Below, piece after piece: positions 29,757-39,933 of a DNA stretch of 64,000 nucleotides (the first letter of the stretch is position 1; the number at the start of each line of letters is the position of its first letter). The stretch is taken from contig JAZULT010000100.1 in the NCBI GenBank assembly GCA_045603225.1, positions 249-64,248 on the forward strand, written 5' to 3'. The notes under the pieces are model-generated. The model saw only the letters and a program-made list of their open reading frames with translations. It did not search any database and was not told the origin of the DNA. The stretch comes from Clostridia bacterium (GTDB lineage: Bacteria > Bacillota > Clostridia > UBA1381). The position numbers and the translations under genes are program-made.

Positions 29757-30715
29757 TTAATTTAATTAAAAAGTATATAAGTGAAGCTGACAGCATTGCC
29801 GTTCTGTGTCATATTAACTCAGACGGTGATGCCGTTGGCAGTGCTCTTGGTCTTACGGAGCTTCTTGTAAAGCTTGGTAAAAAAGCTGATTGCGTTATGG
29901 AAGAGGTTCCGGAAAGCAGACTTGCCTTTTTGGGCGATAACTATATTGTTTATAATGGTAAAAAAAAGGAATATGATCTTTGTATTGCTGTTGATACTGC
30001 ATCAAAGGAGAGGCTCGGAAAAAGAGAGGAAATATTTGACAGAGCTGACAGAACGATTGTTATTGACCACCACAAAACAAATCCCGGTTATGGTGATGTA
30101 AACTGCATAAAAGGAGATTATTCTGCTGCGGCTGAGGTTATTGCAGAGCTCGCAGAGCTTTGCGGATATGAACTTAATGACAGAATTGCGATGCTTCTCT
30201 ACAGCGGAATCATGTCTGATTCAGGCTGTCTGAGGTACAGCAGTGTAACGCCTGATACCGTACGCAGAGTTGCCGGACTTATGGAATACTCTTTTGATCA
30301 TGCTGAAGTTTCAAGACTTTTGTTTGATTCTTTTTCACTGGGAATTATAAAACTCAGAGGAAATGTCATGAACAATATTGAGTCATATTGCGAAGGGAAG
30401 ATAAGCCTTATTGTCACCGACTCGAAAATGATAAAAGCTTACGGTGTAGCTGATACAGATGCAGGAAACCTTGTTGATATTCCGAGAATGGTGGAAAAAA
30501 CTGAAATAGGTATAGAGATAAAGGAAAGAAACGGTATTATACGTGGGAGCTTGCGTTCTAATGGCGATGCTGAGGTTGACAGAATTGCCGCTGTATTTGG
30601 TGGCGGCGGACATATGAGAGCGGCAGGTGTGACGATGAATAACATGACTCTTGAAGAAGCTAAGCAGGCTTTGCTTACAGAAGCTGAAAAAGAGCTGTGC
30701 AGAATAGGTAAATAA
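29753..30715 (+). CDS. nrnA: DHH/DHHA1 phosphoesterase, NrnA-type oligoribonuclease/pAp phosphatase
   Basis: Motifs HINSDGDAVGS, DTAS, IDHH and GGGGH. 320 aa. Between rbfA and truB, as in many Firmicutes. Confidence 0.85.
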   Translation: MINLIKKYISEADSIAVLCHINSDGDAVGSALGLTELLVKLGKKADCVMEEVPESRLAFLGDNYIVYNGKKKEYDLCIAVDTASKERLGKREEIFDRADRTIVIDHHKTNPGYGDVNCIKGDYSAAAEVIAELAELCGYELNDRIAMLLYSGIMSDSGCLRYSSVTPDTVRRVAGLMEYSFDHAEVSRLLFDSFSLGIIKLRGNVMNNIESYCEGKISLIVTDSKMIKAYGVADTDAGNLVDIPRMVEKTEIGIEIKERNGIIRGSLRSNGDAEVDRIAAVFGGGGHMRAAGVTMNNMTLEEAKQALLTEAEKELCRIGK

Positions 30716-31600
30716 ATGGAAAACTATAATGGAATTATATTAATTGATAAACCTGCATTTGTTACATCTCACGACATTGTTAATACAGTCAGAAAAATTC
30801 TCCATACTAAACGTGTGGGGCATACAGGAACTCTTGATCCGATTGCGACGGGAGTTCTTCCTGTATGTGTCGGAAGTGCTACAAAGGCAGCTGAAATGCT
30901 GACTTGTGACAGTAAATCGTACACTGCACAGCTTGTGCTTGGTATGACAACTGATACAGCTGACTGCGAAGGTGAGGTACTTACAGACTGTAGTGTGACA
31001 GCAAGTGAAGATGAAATTAAAAAAGCTGTACTCAGCCTGAAAGGTGAACTTATGCAGATACCGCCCATGTACAGTGCTAAAAAACAAGCCGGGAAAAAAC
31101 TGTATGAGCTTGCACGTATGGGTGTGACTGTAGATAGAAAACCGGTTCAGGTAACCGTACATGATATATCTGTTCTTGATGTGGATATGAGTGAATGTAC
31201 GGTTTCTTTTCATGTGAATTGTTCAAAAGGTACATATGTCAGATCACTTTGTGAAGAAATCGGAATCAGACTTAAATGCGGTGCCTACATGAATGCATTA
31301 AGAAGAACATCAAGTGGGGATTTTGATATAAACGATTGTATAACAGTTGAAAAGCTTAAAGAAATATGTGAAAAAGGCGAGCTTGAAAATATCCTTATTC
31401 CTGTAGACAGTATATTTGATTATAAAAAAGTTATACTTCCAAAGAAACAGGCAGAACGGTTTAAAAACGGAGTTTTTGTTTCAAATCCGCATATATCAGA
31501 TGGTAACAGATACAGGGTATATGACAATGAAGGGAATTTTATGGCACTTGCCGATTGCATAGACGGCAGGCTTAAAACATATAAATCATTCCGTGCGTAA
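30716..31600 (+). CDS. truB: tRNA pseudouridine(55) synthase TruB
   Basis: GILLIDKP...HTGTLDPIATGVL contains the catalytic Asp motif. 294 aa. Confidence 0.95.
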   Translation: MENYNGIILIDKPAFVTSHDIVNTVRKILHTKRVGHTGTLDPIATGVLPVCVGSATKAAEMLTCDSKSYTAQLVLGMTTDTADCEGEVLTDCSVTASEDEIKKAVLSLKGELMQIPPMYSAKKQAGKKLYELARMGVTVDRKPVQVTVHDISVLDVDMSECTVSFHVNCSKGTYVRSLCEEIGIRLKCGAYMNALRRTSSGDFDINDCITVEKLKEICEKGELENILIPVDSIFDYKKVILPKKQAERFKNGVFVSNPHISDGNRYRVYDNEGNFMALADCIDGRLKTYKSFRA

Positions 31601-31609
31601 GGAGTGTGA

Positions 31610-32521
31610 ATGATATTGACTGCAATTTATAAAAACGGAGAAACACTTAAAACTGACAATAATACTGTAGCACTCGGAACTTTTGACGGTTTGCATCTTG
31701 CACATATGGAAATTATAAACAAAGCAATGCAGATTTCTAAAGATAATAACTCAAATTGCGGGGTTATGTTTTTTGATTCACTTCCTGTAAATGCTTTGGG
31801 AGGGGATGTAAAGCACCTTATGAACACCGCAGAAAAAATTGAAATTCTCGATACTGATTTTGTGTATGTGGAGTCTTTCAATGAAAGATTTTATAATAAA
31901 ACTCCTGAAGAGTTTGTTGAATATCTGAAAACCACTCTTAAAGCGGGCTATGTATGCGTGGGATATAATTACCGTTTCGGTAAAAATGCTTCCGGAGATA
32001 TTATTGAGCTGAAAAAGCTGTGCTCCAAGTATGGAATAAAGGTGGAAATTTTGCCTGAAATGTGCGAAAACGGCGGTACCGTTTCAAGCACAAGAATCAG
32101 GAACTGTATCGCTGACGGAAATGTGAAAGAAGCAGGTGTTCTTCTCGGAAGACCTTACTGTATAAGAGGTAGTGTTGAAAAAGGACTTCAGAATGGCAGA
32201 AAATTTGGAATACCTACAGCAAACATATCGTACGAGGACGGAAAAATGCTTCCGAAAAGCGGTGTGTATGAAGGGTATGTAATAATAAATAATGAGAAAT
32301 ACAGGACTGTTATAAATGTTGGAGACAATCCTACATTTGACGGAAGAAGAATAACTGTAGAACCTCATATAATAGATTTTAACAGAGATATATACGGTGA
32401 AAAAATAACAGCCATGTTTGTTGACAGAATAAGAAGTGAAATAAAATTTTCATCAGTGGACGAACTTGCGGAACAGATAAATAAAGATATTGATAAATGT
32501 AGAAAGGATTTGATTATATGA
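31610..32521 (+). CDS. ribF: Bifunctional riboflavin kinase / FAD synthetase
   Basis: N-terminal FAD synthetase (GTFDGLHLAH) and C-terminal riboflavin kinase (GIPTAN, PTFDG...VEPHIIDF). Confidence 0.93.
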   Translation: MILTAIYKNGETLKTDNNTVALGTFDGLHLAHMEIINKAMQISKDNNSNCGVMFFDSLPVNALGGDVKHLMNTAEKIEILDTDFVYVESFNERFYNKTPEEFVEYLKTTLKAGYVCVGYNYRFGKNASGDIIELKKLCSKYGIKVEILPEMCENGGTVSSTRIRNCIADGNVKEAGVLLGRPYCIRGSVEKGLQNGRKFGIPTANISYEDGKMLPKSGVYEGYVIINNEKYRTVINVGDNPTFDGRRITVEPHIIDFNRDIYGEKITAMFVDRIRSEIKFSSVDELAEQINKDIDKCRKDLII

Positions 32522-33537
32522 AAGAATTTACAGCTATAATTTTAGCAGATAGTATAAGCATCCAGATGAGATCAAAAAAGCCTGATGCAATACAAAAAAT
32601 ATGCGGAAAGCCGCTTGCGTACTATGTTATTAATGCCGCAAAAGCGGCAGGTGCAGGAAGAATAGTTACTGTTACGGGCGAATACGGAGAGGTTGTACGT
32701 GCAGCACTTGGAGATGATACAGAGTATGCAGAAACAGTAGGTAAGGTAAATACAGGAGATAATTATGTTGTTCTCAGCGGTAATGCACCTTTTACATCTA
32801 TCAGAAGAAATCAGGGGAATACTGTAAGTCTTTGTGATAACTTTCAGGTTACAAATCGTATGCAGCTTGCAGAAGCGGAAGAGATGATGCAGAAGCATAT
32901 AAACGGAATGCATATGAGAAACGGTGTTACAATTCATGCTCCGTCGACTGTAATTATTGATGTTGATGTGAAAATCGGTGCAGATACAGAGATTTTCGGA
33001 AATGTTATAATAGAAAACGGTTCTCTTATAGGAGAAGATGTTGTGATTACTTCGGGATCACGTATTTCAAATTCTGAGATAGGTGATGGTGTAAATATTC
33101 AAACGTCAGTGATTCTTGATTCAGAAATAAGAGAAAATACAACAGTAGGACCTTTTGCCTATGTAAGACCTAATTGCGTTGTCGGAAGTAATGCAAGAAT
33201 AGGTGACTTTGTTGAGCTTAAAAATACAAATATTGGTAATGGAACAAAAGTTTCTCATCTTACTTATGTTGGTGATTCCGATGTAGGGGAAAACTGTAAT
33301 TTCGGATGTGGAACAGTTACGGTTAACTATGACGGTAAGAAGAAATACAGAACTACAATCGGTAATAATGTATTTATAGGCTGTAACTCAAATCTTGTTG
33401 CACCTGTTACTCTTAAAGATGGTGCATATACAGCCGCAGGGTCTACAATTACCGATGAAGTGCCGGAAAATAATCTTGCAATTGCACGAGCAAGACAGAT
33501 TAATAAAGAGACATGGAAGGATAGACGTACAAAATGA
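32518..33537 (+). CDS. GlmU-like protein with an intact left-handed beta-helix acetyltransferase domain and a truncated, degenerate N-terminal nucleotidyltransferase domain
   Basis: The C-terminal two thirds align by eye with GlmU LbH and active-site segments (GPFAYVRP, SHLTYVGD, VNYDGKKK, NLVAPV). The N-terminus has ILADSISIQM where GlmU has LAAGKGTRM. The gene encodes 339 aa versus about 455 for GlmU. Confidence 0.75.
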   Translation: MKEFTAIILADSISIQMRSKKPDAIQKICGKPLAYYVINAAKAAGAGRIVTVTGEYGEVVRAALGDDTEYAETVGKVNTGDNYVVLSGNAPFTSIRRNQGNTVSLCDNFQVTNRMQLAEAEEMMQKHINGMHMRNGVTIHAPSTVIIDVDVKIGADTEIFGNVIIENGSLIGEDVVITSGSRISNSEIGDGVNIQTSVILDSEIRENTTVGPFAYVRPNCVVGSNARIGDFVELKNTNIGNGTKVSHLTYVGDSDVGENCNFGCGTVTVNYDGKKKYRTTIGNNVFIGCNSNLVAPVTLKDGAYTAAGSTITDEVPENNLAIARARQINKETWKDRRTK

Positions 33538-35087
33538 GTATACTTAATGTTGAACATGTAACTCACGGATTCGGAGGACGTCAGATTTTAGAAGATGCGT
33601 CATTCAGACTTTTGAAGGGCGAACACATAGGTCTTGTGGGTGCAAACGGAGAAGGTAAATCAACATTTTTAAATATAATAACAGGAAATCTTACGCCTGA
33701 CAGCGGAAAGGTTGAATGGTGCAAGCACATAACAACAGGTTATCTCGACCAGTATTCATCTCTTACAAAGGGAAAAACAATATATAATGTACTTCGTGAA
33801 GCATTTTCATATTTAACAGATCTTGAAGCGGAAATGCTTGCCGCATATGAGAAAATGGCAGAGGTTTCAGAAGATGAAATGACCGCTATGATGGAGGATG
33901 TCGGTGAAATACAGGAAATCCTTGATTCGTCGGGATATTACACCATAGACAGTAAAATCTCCGAATACGCAAACGGTCTGGGACTTAATGAAATTGGACT
34001 TGAACGTGACGTATCAGAGCTTTCGGGAGGACAGCGAGCAAAAGTGCTTCTTGCAAAGGTGCTTCTTGAAAATCCGATGATACTTATTCTTGATGAGCCT
34101 ACAAACTTTCTTGATGAAAATCATATACGTTGGCTTACAACATTTCTACAGAATTATGAAAATGCATTTATTCTTGTATCACATGATGTGCCTTTCCTGA
34201 ATAGTGTAATCAATGTTGTTTATCATCTTGAAAATACAGTTCTTACAAGGTATACAGGAGATTATACCGCATTTGAAGATGCATATGAACTTAAAAAGCG
34301 TCAGTTAGAAAGTGCCTATAAACGTCAGCAAAAAGAAATTGCTGACCTTGAGGATTTTGTGGCACGAAATAAAGCGCGTGCGGCAACAGCTACGCTTGCT
34401 CGCTCAAGACAGAAACAGCTTGACAAAATGGATATAATTACTCTTGCACCGGAAAAGATAAAACCGGAGTTTGAGTTTAAGTCAGACCGTACACCGGGCA
34501 GAGTAGTAATACGTGCAACTGACCTTATAATCGGGTATGATTCTCCTCTGACAAAAAAGGTTGATGTTGTTGTGGAGAGGAATCATAAAATTGCAATTAA
34601 GGGTGTAAACGGACTTGGGAAGTCAACACTTCTGAAAACACTTCTTGGTATAATTCCGCCATATGAAGGCGAAATAGAACATGACCAGTTTATGAGCGTG
34701 GGATATTTTGAACAGGAAGAAATAGCATCATCAAAAACAGCACTTGACGAACTCTGGGACGAGTTCCCTGCAATGGCTAATAACGAGGTCAGAGCGGCAC
34801 TTGCAAAATGTGGACTTACAACAGAACATATAACATCTCAGATGAAGGTTCTCTCAGGCGGCGAAAATGCAAAGGTACGTCTTTGTAAGCTTATGCAGAA
34901 AGAAGTAAACCTTCTTGTTCTTGACGAACCCACAAACCATCTCGACGTTGCCGCAAAGGAAGAGCTTAAACGTGCGGTAAAAGAGTATAAGGGTACTGTT
35001 TTACTTGTAAGCCACGACCCTGATTTTTATAATGATGTTGCGGATGAAGTGTGGAATCTCGAAAGCTGGACAACAAAAGTGATTTAG
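33534..35087 (+). CDS. ABC-F family ATPase (two tandem ABC domains, no TM domain)
   Basis: Two Walker A motifs (GANGEGKST, GVNGLGKST), two signatures (LSGGQRAK, LSGGENAK) and an inter-domain linker. ATGA overlap with the upstream gene. Confidence 0.9.
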   Translation: MSILNVEHVTHGFGGRQILEDASFRLLKGEHIGLVGANGEGKSTFLNIITGNLTPDSGKVEWCKHITTGYLDQYSSLTKGKTIYNVLREAFSYLTDLEAEMLAAYEKMAEVSEDEMTAMMEDVGEIQEILDSSGYYTIDSKISEYANGLGLNEIGLERDVSELSGGQRAKVLLAKVLLENPMILILDEPTNFLDENHIRWLTTFLQNYENAFILVSHDVPFLNSVINVVYHLENTVLTRYTGDYTAFEDAYELKKRQLESAYKRQQKEIADLEDFVARNKARAATATLARSRQKQLDKMDIITLAPEKIKPEFEFKSDRTPGRVVIRATDLIIGYDSPLTKKVDVVVERNHKIAIKGVNGLGKSTLLKTLLGIIPPYEGEIEHDQFMSVGYFEQEEIASSKTALDELWDEFPAMANNEVRAALAKCGLTTEHITSQMKVLSGGENAKVRLCKLMQKEVNLLVLDEPTNHLDVAAKEELKRAVKEYKGTVLLVSHDPDFYNDVADEVWNLESWTTKVI

Positions 35088-35108
35088 TTTCTAAAAAGGG
35101 AGATAATT

Positions 35109-35669
35109 ATGTATTTAATAGCAGGTCTCGGTAATCCGGGAAGTCAGTATGACATGACACGTCATAATATTGGATTTGCCGCCATAGATTATATTGCAGG
35201 GCAATACAAAGTAAAAATAAAAAAACTTAAATATAAAGCATTATTCGGTGAAGTAAATATAGGCGGGGAAAAGGCTCTGTTAGTGAAACCGCAGACATAT
35301 ATGAATCTCAGTGGGGAAAGTATACGTGATTTCTGTAGCTTTTACAAAATCCCGACTGAAAATACGATTATCATATGCGATGATATTTCGCTTCAGCCGG
35401 GTAAAATACGTATACGCAGAAAAGGCTCTGCCGGTGGACACAACGGTCTTAAATCAATAATCTATCAGCTTCAAAGCGATGAGTTCCCAAGAATTAAAAT
35501 AGGTGTCGGTTCACCACAGCACGCAGATTATGAACTGGCTGATTATGTGCTCGGACGTTTTTCAAAAGATGAGATTCCTGTTCTCGAGGATGCAATTATC
35601 AATACTTCAAAAAGCATTGATGAGATTATTAAAAACGGAATAGACAGAGCAATGAATAAATATAACTGA
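35109..35669 (+). CDS. pth: Peptidyl-tRNA hydrolase
   Basis: LIAGLGNPG...TRHNIGF and GGHNGLKS motifs. 186 aa. Confidence 0.96.
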   Translation: MYLIAGLGNPGSQYDMTRHNIGFAAIDYIAGQYKVKIKKLKYKALFGEVNIGGEKALLVKPQTYMNLSGESIRDFCSFYKIPTENTIIICDDISLQPGKIRIRRKGSAGGHNGLKSIIYQLQSDEFPRIKIGVGSPQHADYELADYVLGRFSKDEIPVLEDAIINTSKSIDEIIKNGIDRAMNKYN

Positions 35670-35694
35670 TATATTTCGAAAGTGATGGTATTTT

Positions 35695-38600
35695 ATGAAT
35701 TTCAGTGACATTTTAAGTAATTATAAACCTTACATTGAACTGAAAAAAAGAATTAAAAACAAAAGCTATCCTATAGATGTATCCGGCATATGCGAAGCAG
35801 CGCAAGGGCATTTTATATCATCTTTATGCGAAGATGAGAATAAAAAAGCTCTTGTTGTTTGTTATACCGATACAGAAGCAGCAGAGCTTTACAAGGAGCT
35901 TTTGTTCTACCGTAATGATGTATACAGATTTCCGTCGAAGGAACTGATGCTATATAATGCAGATGCATTTGGGCGTGAAACAGAGCACAGGAGACTTCGT
36001 TCGTTGTATTCATGGGAAAAGGGTGGAATACTTGTAGCAGGTGTTGATGCTCTTATGCAATATACGGTAAAACGTAAACATTTTGAAAGTTTCAGGCTCG
36101 AGTTTAGTGTAGGCGAGACATACAATCTTGATGAAATAAAACAGAAGCTTGTTTCCATGGGTTATACAAATACCCCTGAAGTAGATGGAACAGGCTTATT
36201 TTCAGTGCGTGGAGGAATAATAGATATATTTTCTCCGAATTTAAAACTTCCTGTCAGAATAGAGTTTTTTGATGATGAGGTTGATTCTATCCGTATATTT
36301 GACTGGGAAACACAAAGAAGTGTTGAAAACGTTGAAAGTGCGGTGATAGTTCCTGCATGCGAACCGTTAATGACTGAAGATGAACGTGAAAGACTTATAT
36401 GTCATCTTGAATATCTTTCATCAGAAAACCCTGATGATGAGGTTGTATCAAGTGAGCTTGACAAAGCTCGAGACGGCCTTATATTTCCGTCTGTTGACAA
36501 ATATATCAAGGAGATATACGGAGAGATTCCTTCGCTAATTGATTTTCTTGATGATGATACTGTATTTATGGTTGACACAAAACGAATTGAAGAAAGACTG
36601 TCTACCTTTGTTCGGGATAAGGCGGAAATATTCTCTGAGCTTTTTGAGAAGAAGCTTATTTATTCTGATGTGTCGGATTTTTATTCTGATGGCATTAAAA
36701 TAGCGAAAAAACTTGAATTGCAAAGCAGAATTAATCTTAATGTGTTTGACTCTAAAAAAGGCGGAATAGAATTTAATTCAAGACAAACTGTGTCGTTCCA
36801 CGGTAAAATAGAATATCTGTATGAAGATTTGGAAAAGTGGTCAGATGAAAGTAAAACGGTAGTAATTCTTGCTCAGACCGATGACAAAGCCAGAAATCTG
36901 AAAGGTGTACTGAGTGAAAAAGGTTTTAAGTGCGAATTATCAGGAGAAATTGTTGAAAATACTGTAAGCATTCTTATCGGTGGCATAAAAAACGGATTTG
37001 AATATCCCGACTGCGGATTTGTTCTTATATCTGATAGGGAGATATTTGAAGGCAGAGAACGCCGTATTAAACGTAAAATAGAAAATACGAAACGTATAAA
37101 GTCCTATAACGATATAAGTATTGGTGATTATGTAGTGCATCAGGTACACGGAATAGGTGTATACGAAGGTATTAAAAAAATGACGGTCAACGGGATATCG
37201 AAAGATTATCTGAAGGTTTCTTATAAAGATAATGACAGTCTTTATGTACCTGTTGAACAGCTTGATATTTTATATAAGTATTCCGGCACCGACGGAAGTA
37301 AAGTCAAAGTCAGCAAGCTTGGTGGAAAAGAATGGAGTAATACAAAACAGCGTGTAAAAAAATCGACAGAGGATATGGCAAAACGTCTTGTTGCACTGTA
37401 TGCAGAACGTGAACGTTCGAAAGGATATGCATTTTCGAGAGATACAGTATGGCAGAGAGATTTTGAAGATTCCTTTTCATATTCGGAAACGGAGGATCAA
37501 CTGAGAAGCATTGAAGAAGTAAAGAGCGATATGGAAAGCGAGAAGCCTATGGACAGATTGCTCTGCGGGGATGTTGGCTTTGGCAAAACCGAGGTTGCAC
37601 TTCGTGCGGCTTTTAAGGCTGTAATGGATAGTAAACAGGTGGCTTATTTGTGTCCGACTACCATTCTTGCAATGCAGCATTATAACACATTTGCTGAGAG
37701 GATGAGAGATTTTCCGATAAAGATAGAAATGCTTTCACGTTTCCGCACAAAAGCACAACAGGATAAGATTATAAGTAAGCTGAAAAAGGGTGAGATTGAT
37801 ATAGTTATAGGGACTCACCGTATGATACAGAATGATGTTGAATTCAAGGATATCGGACTTCTTATAATTGATGAAGAACAAAGATTCGGAGTTGCACATA
37901 AAGAACGCCTTAAAGAGCTTAAGAAAAATATTGACGTGCTTTCTATGACGGCTACACCAATTCCGAGAACTCTCCATATGTCGATGATTTCAGTGCGTGA
38001 CATGAGTGTTCTTACGCAGCCACCGCAAAACAGATATCCGATACAGACTTATGTGCTTGAGAATAATCCTGAGGTTATTATTGATGCAATACGCATGGAG
38101 CTTGCAAGGGGCGGTCAGGTTTATTATCTTCATAACAGAGTTCAAGGGATATATAAAACAGCAGCCTGGATTCAAAAGCAGTTTCCTGATAAGGTTGTAC
38201 GTGTTGGTCATGGTAAAATGGACGAAAATCAGCTGGAAGATATCATGCATGATATGGTAACCGGAGAAACCGATATTCTTGTGTGTACAACAATAATTGA
38301 AACAGGGCTGGATATTCCGAATGCCAATACTATAATTGTAGAAGATGCCGATAAAATGGGACTTTCTCAGCTTTATCAGCTTCGAGGCAGAGTGGGACGC
38401 TCGAACAGGAAAGCATATGCTTTTCTCACATACAGCCGTGACAAAGTAATATCTGAGGTTGCACAGAAAAGACTTCGTGCAATTAAAGAGTTTACTGAAT
38501 TTGGTTCAGGATTTAAAATTGCACTTAAGGATCTTGAAATCAGAGGTGCGGGAGATATTCTCGGTGCACAGCAACACGGACATATGGATGCTGTCGGATA

Positions 38601-39096
38601 TGACCTTTATTGTAAAATACTGAAGCAGAGTGTAGACGAAGCTCGTGGTGCGGAGGTGGCACCTGAAATAGAAACAACTGTAGATATAAGCATTGATGCA
38701 TATCTTCCCGAACGTTATATTTCCGAACCGTCACAAAGAATTGATATATACAAGAAAATATCAATGATAGAAAGCGACGAGGACAGAATAGAAATGGAAG
38801 ACGAGCTTATCGACAGATATGGAGACTTGCCTAGAACTGCAATAAATGTAATACGCGTTGCACTTTTGCGTGCAAAAGCACATAAGGCAGGGATTTCTGA
38901 AATTGTTCACAGAGGCGGAATGCTTACATTTAAATTTGCTAATGTAGATGTTCAGATACTTATAGGTCTTGTGCAGGGTAACGGCAATAAGTATAAGCTT
39001 ATACCCGGAGATGTACCTGTACTCAAAATAAGTCTGCCGGATAAAGCTGATGTAATGAAAGAAGCGGAAGAAGCTGTGTCGTTTTTCGCTGGTTGA
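35695..39096 (+). CDS. mfd: Transcription-repair coupling factor Mfd
   Basis: UvrB-homology N-terminus, CarD/RNAP-interacting domain (GDYVVHQVHGIGVY), superfamily-2 translocase (GDVGFGKTEVA, DEEQRFG), TRG motif. 1133 aa. Downstream of pth. Confidence 0.97.
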   Translation: MNFSDILSNYKPYIELKKRIKNKSYPIDVSGICEAAQGHFISSLCEDENKKALVVCYTDTEAAELYKELLFYRNDVYRFPSKELMLYNADAFGRETEHRRLRSLYSWEKGGILVAGVDALMQYTVKRKHFESFRLEFSVGETYNLDEIKQKLVSMGYTNTPEVDGTGLFSVRGGIIDIFSPNLKLPVRIEFFDDEVDSIRIFDWETQRSVENVESAVIVPACEPLMTEDERERLICHLEYLSSENPDDEVVSSELDKARDGLIFPSVDKYIKEIYGEIPSLIDFLDDDTVFMVDTKRIEERLSTFVRDKAEIFSELFEKKLIYSDVSDFYSDGIKIAKKLELQSRINLNVFDSKKGGIEFNSRQTVSFHGKIEYLYEDLEKWSDESKTVVILAQTDDKARNLKGVLSEKGFKCELSGEIVENTVSILIGGIKNGFEYPDCGFVLISDREIFEGRERRIKRKIENTKRIKSYNDISIGDYVVHQVHGIGVYEGIKKMTVNGISKDYLKVSYKDNDSLYVPVEQLDILYKYSGTDGSKVKVSKLGGKEWSNTKQRVKKSTEDMAKRLVALYAERERSKGYAFSRDTVWQRDFEDSFSYSETEDQLRSIEEVKSDMESEKPMDRLLCGDVGFGKTEVALRAAFKAVMDSKQVAYLCPTTILAMQHYNTFAERMRDFPIKIEMLSRFRTKAQQDKIISKLKKGEIDIVIGTHRMIQNDVEFKDIGLLIIDEEQRFGVAHKERLKELKKNIDVLSMTATPIPRTLHMSMISVRDMSVLTQPPQNRYPIQTYVLENNPEVIIDAIRMELARGGQVYYLHNRVQGIYKTAAWIQKQFPDKVVRVGHGKMDENQLEDIMHDMVTGETDILVCTTIIETGLDIPNANTIIVEDADKMGLSQLYQLRGRVGRSNRKAYAFLTYSRDKVISEVAQKRLRAIKEFTEFGSGFKIALKDLEIRGAGDILGAQQHGHMDAVGYDLYCKILKQSVDEARGAEVAPEIETTVDISIDAYLPERYISEPSQRIDIYKKISMIESDEDRIEMEDELIDRYGDLPRTAINVIRVALLRAKAHKAGISEIVHRGGMLTFKFANVDVQILIGLVQGNGNKYKLIPGDVPVLKISLPDKADVMKEAEEAVSFFAG

Positions 39097-39110
39097 GACA
39101 GGGGGATGTT

Positions 39111-39842
39111 ATGTATAACGAATTTGCACAGGTTTACGATAAATTGATGAAAGCAGACATCAATTATGAACATGTAGTGGATTTTATAGAAAATCTGTTT
39201 ATTAAGTATGAAAAAAATCCGAATCTTGTATGCGATCTTGCCGCAGGAACGGGGAATGTAACAATTCCGATGGCAAGACGCGGATATGACATGATAGCTG
39301 TTGATAATTCATATGAAATGCTAGATATTGCAAGGGGTAAAGCCGGGGAGAATGAGATTCTTTTCCTTAATCAGGATTTGAGAAGGCTTGACCTTTTCGG
39401 AACTTGTGATGCATTTTTATGTATGATAGACGGATTTAACTATATTACAAGCAAAAAGGCTCTGGGAGATATTTTCAGGCGGATAAGAACTTGTTTTATT
39501 GAGAATGACGGTATATTCATATTCGATATAAGTTCAAAACATAAACTAAAAAATGTTCTTGGAAACAATATTTTTATTTATGATACCGATGATTTATTTT
39601 ACACATGGGAAAATAGATACAAATCGGGAATATGCAAAATGGAGCTGAATTTTTTTCTGAAAAATGAAAATAATATGTTCAGACGTTTTGATGAAGTACA
39701 AATTCAAAGAGCATACGAAACACAGGAAATTATTTCAATTCTGAAGGCTGCCGGTTTCTCTTCTGTGGATACATATTCCGGATTTGAATTTAAAGATATA
39801 TCCGAGAATGATGAGCGTATCGTTTTTGTTGCTTTGGCTTAG
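39111..39842 (+). CDS. Class I SAM-dependent methyltransferase
   Basis: SAM motif I VCDLAAGTGN. The ATG at 39111 follows GGGGGA. The ORF-track TTG at 39093 overlaps the mfd stop. Confidence 0.85.
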   Translation: MYNEFAQVYDKLMKADINYEHVVDFIENLFIKYEKNPNLVCDLAAGTGNVTIPMARRGYDMIAVDNSYEMLDIARGKAGENEILFLNQDLRRLDLFGTCDAFLCMIDGFNYITSKKALGDIFRRIRTCFIENDGIFIFDISSKHKLKNVLGNNIFIYDTDDLFYTWENRYKSGICKMELNFFLKNENNMFRRFDEVQIQRAYETQEIISILKAAGFSSVDTYSGFEFKDISENDERIVFVALA

Positions 39843-39871
39843 TAATAGTATACAAAAAAAGGCATAGTATA

Positions 39872-39900
39872 TTGACAATTACAACAGACTGAGATATAAT
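39872..39900 (+). promoter_or_regulatory. Consensus sigma-A promoter
   Basis: TTGACA (39872-39877), 17 nt spacer, TATAAT (39895-39900). Confidence 0.65.
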
Positions 39901-39933
39901 TAAAATATATCAATTGAAAGGAATGTGGATTTT

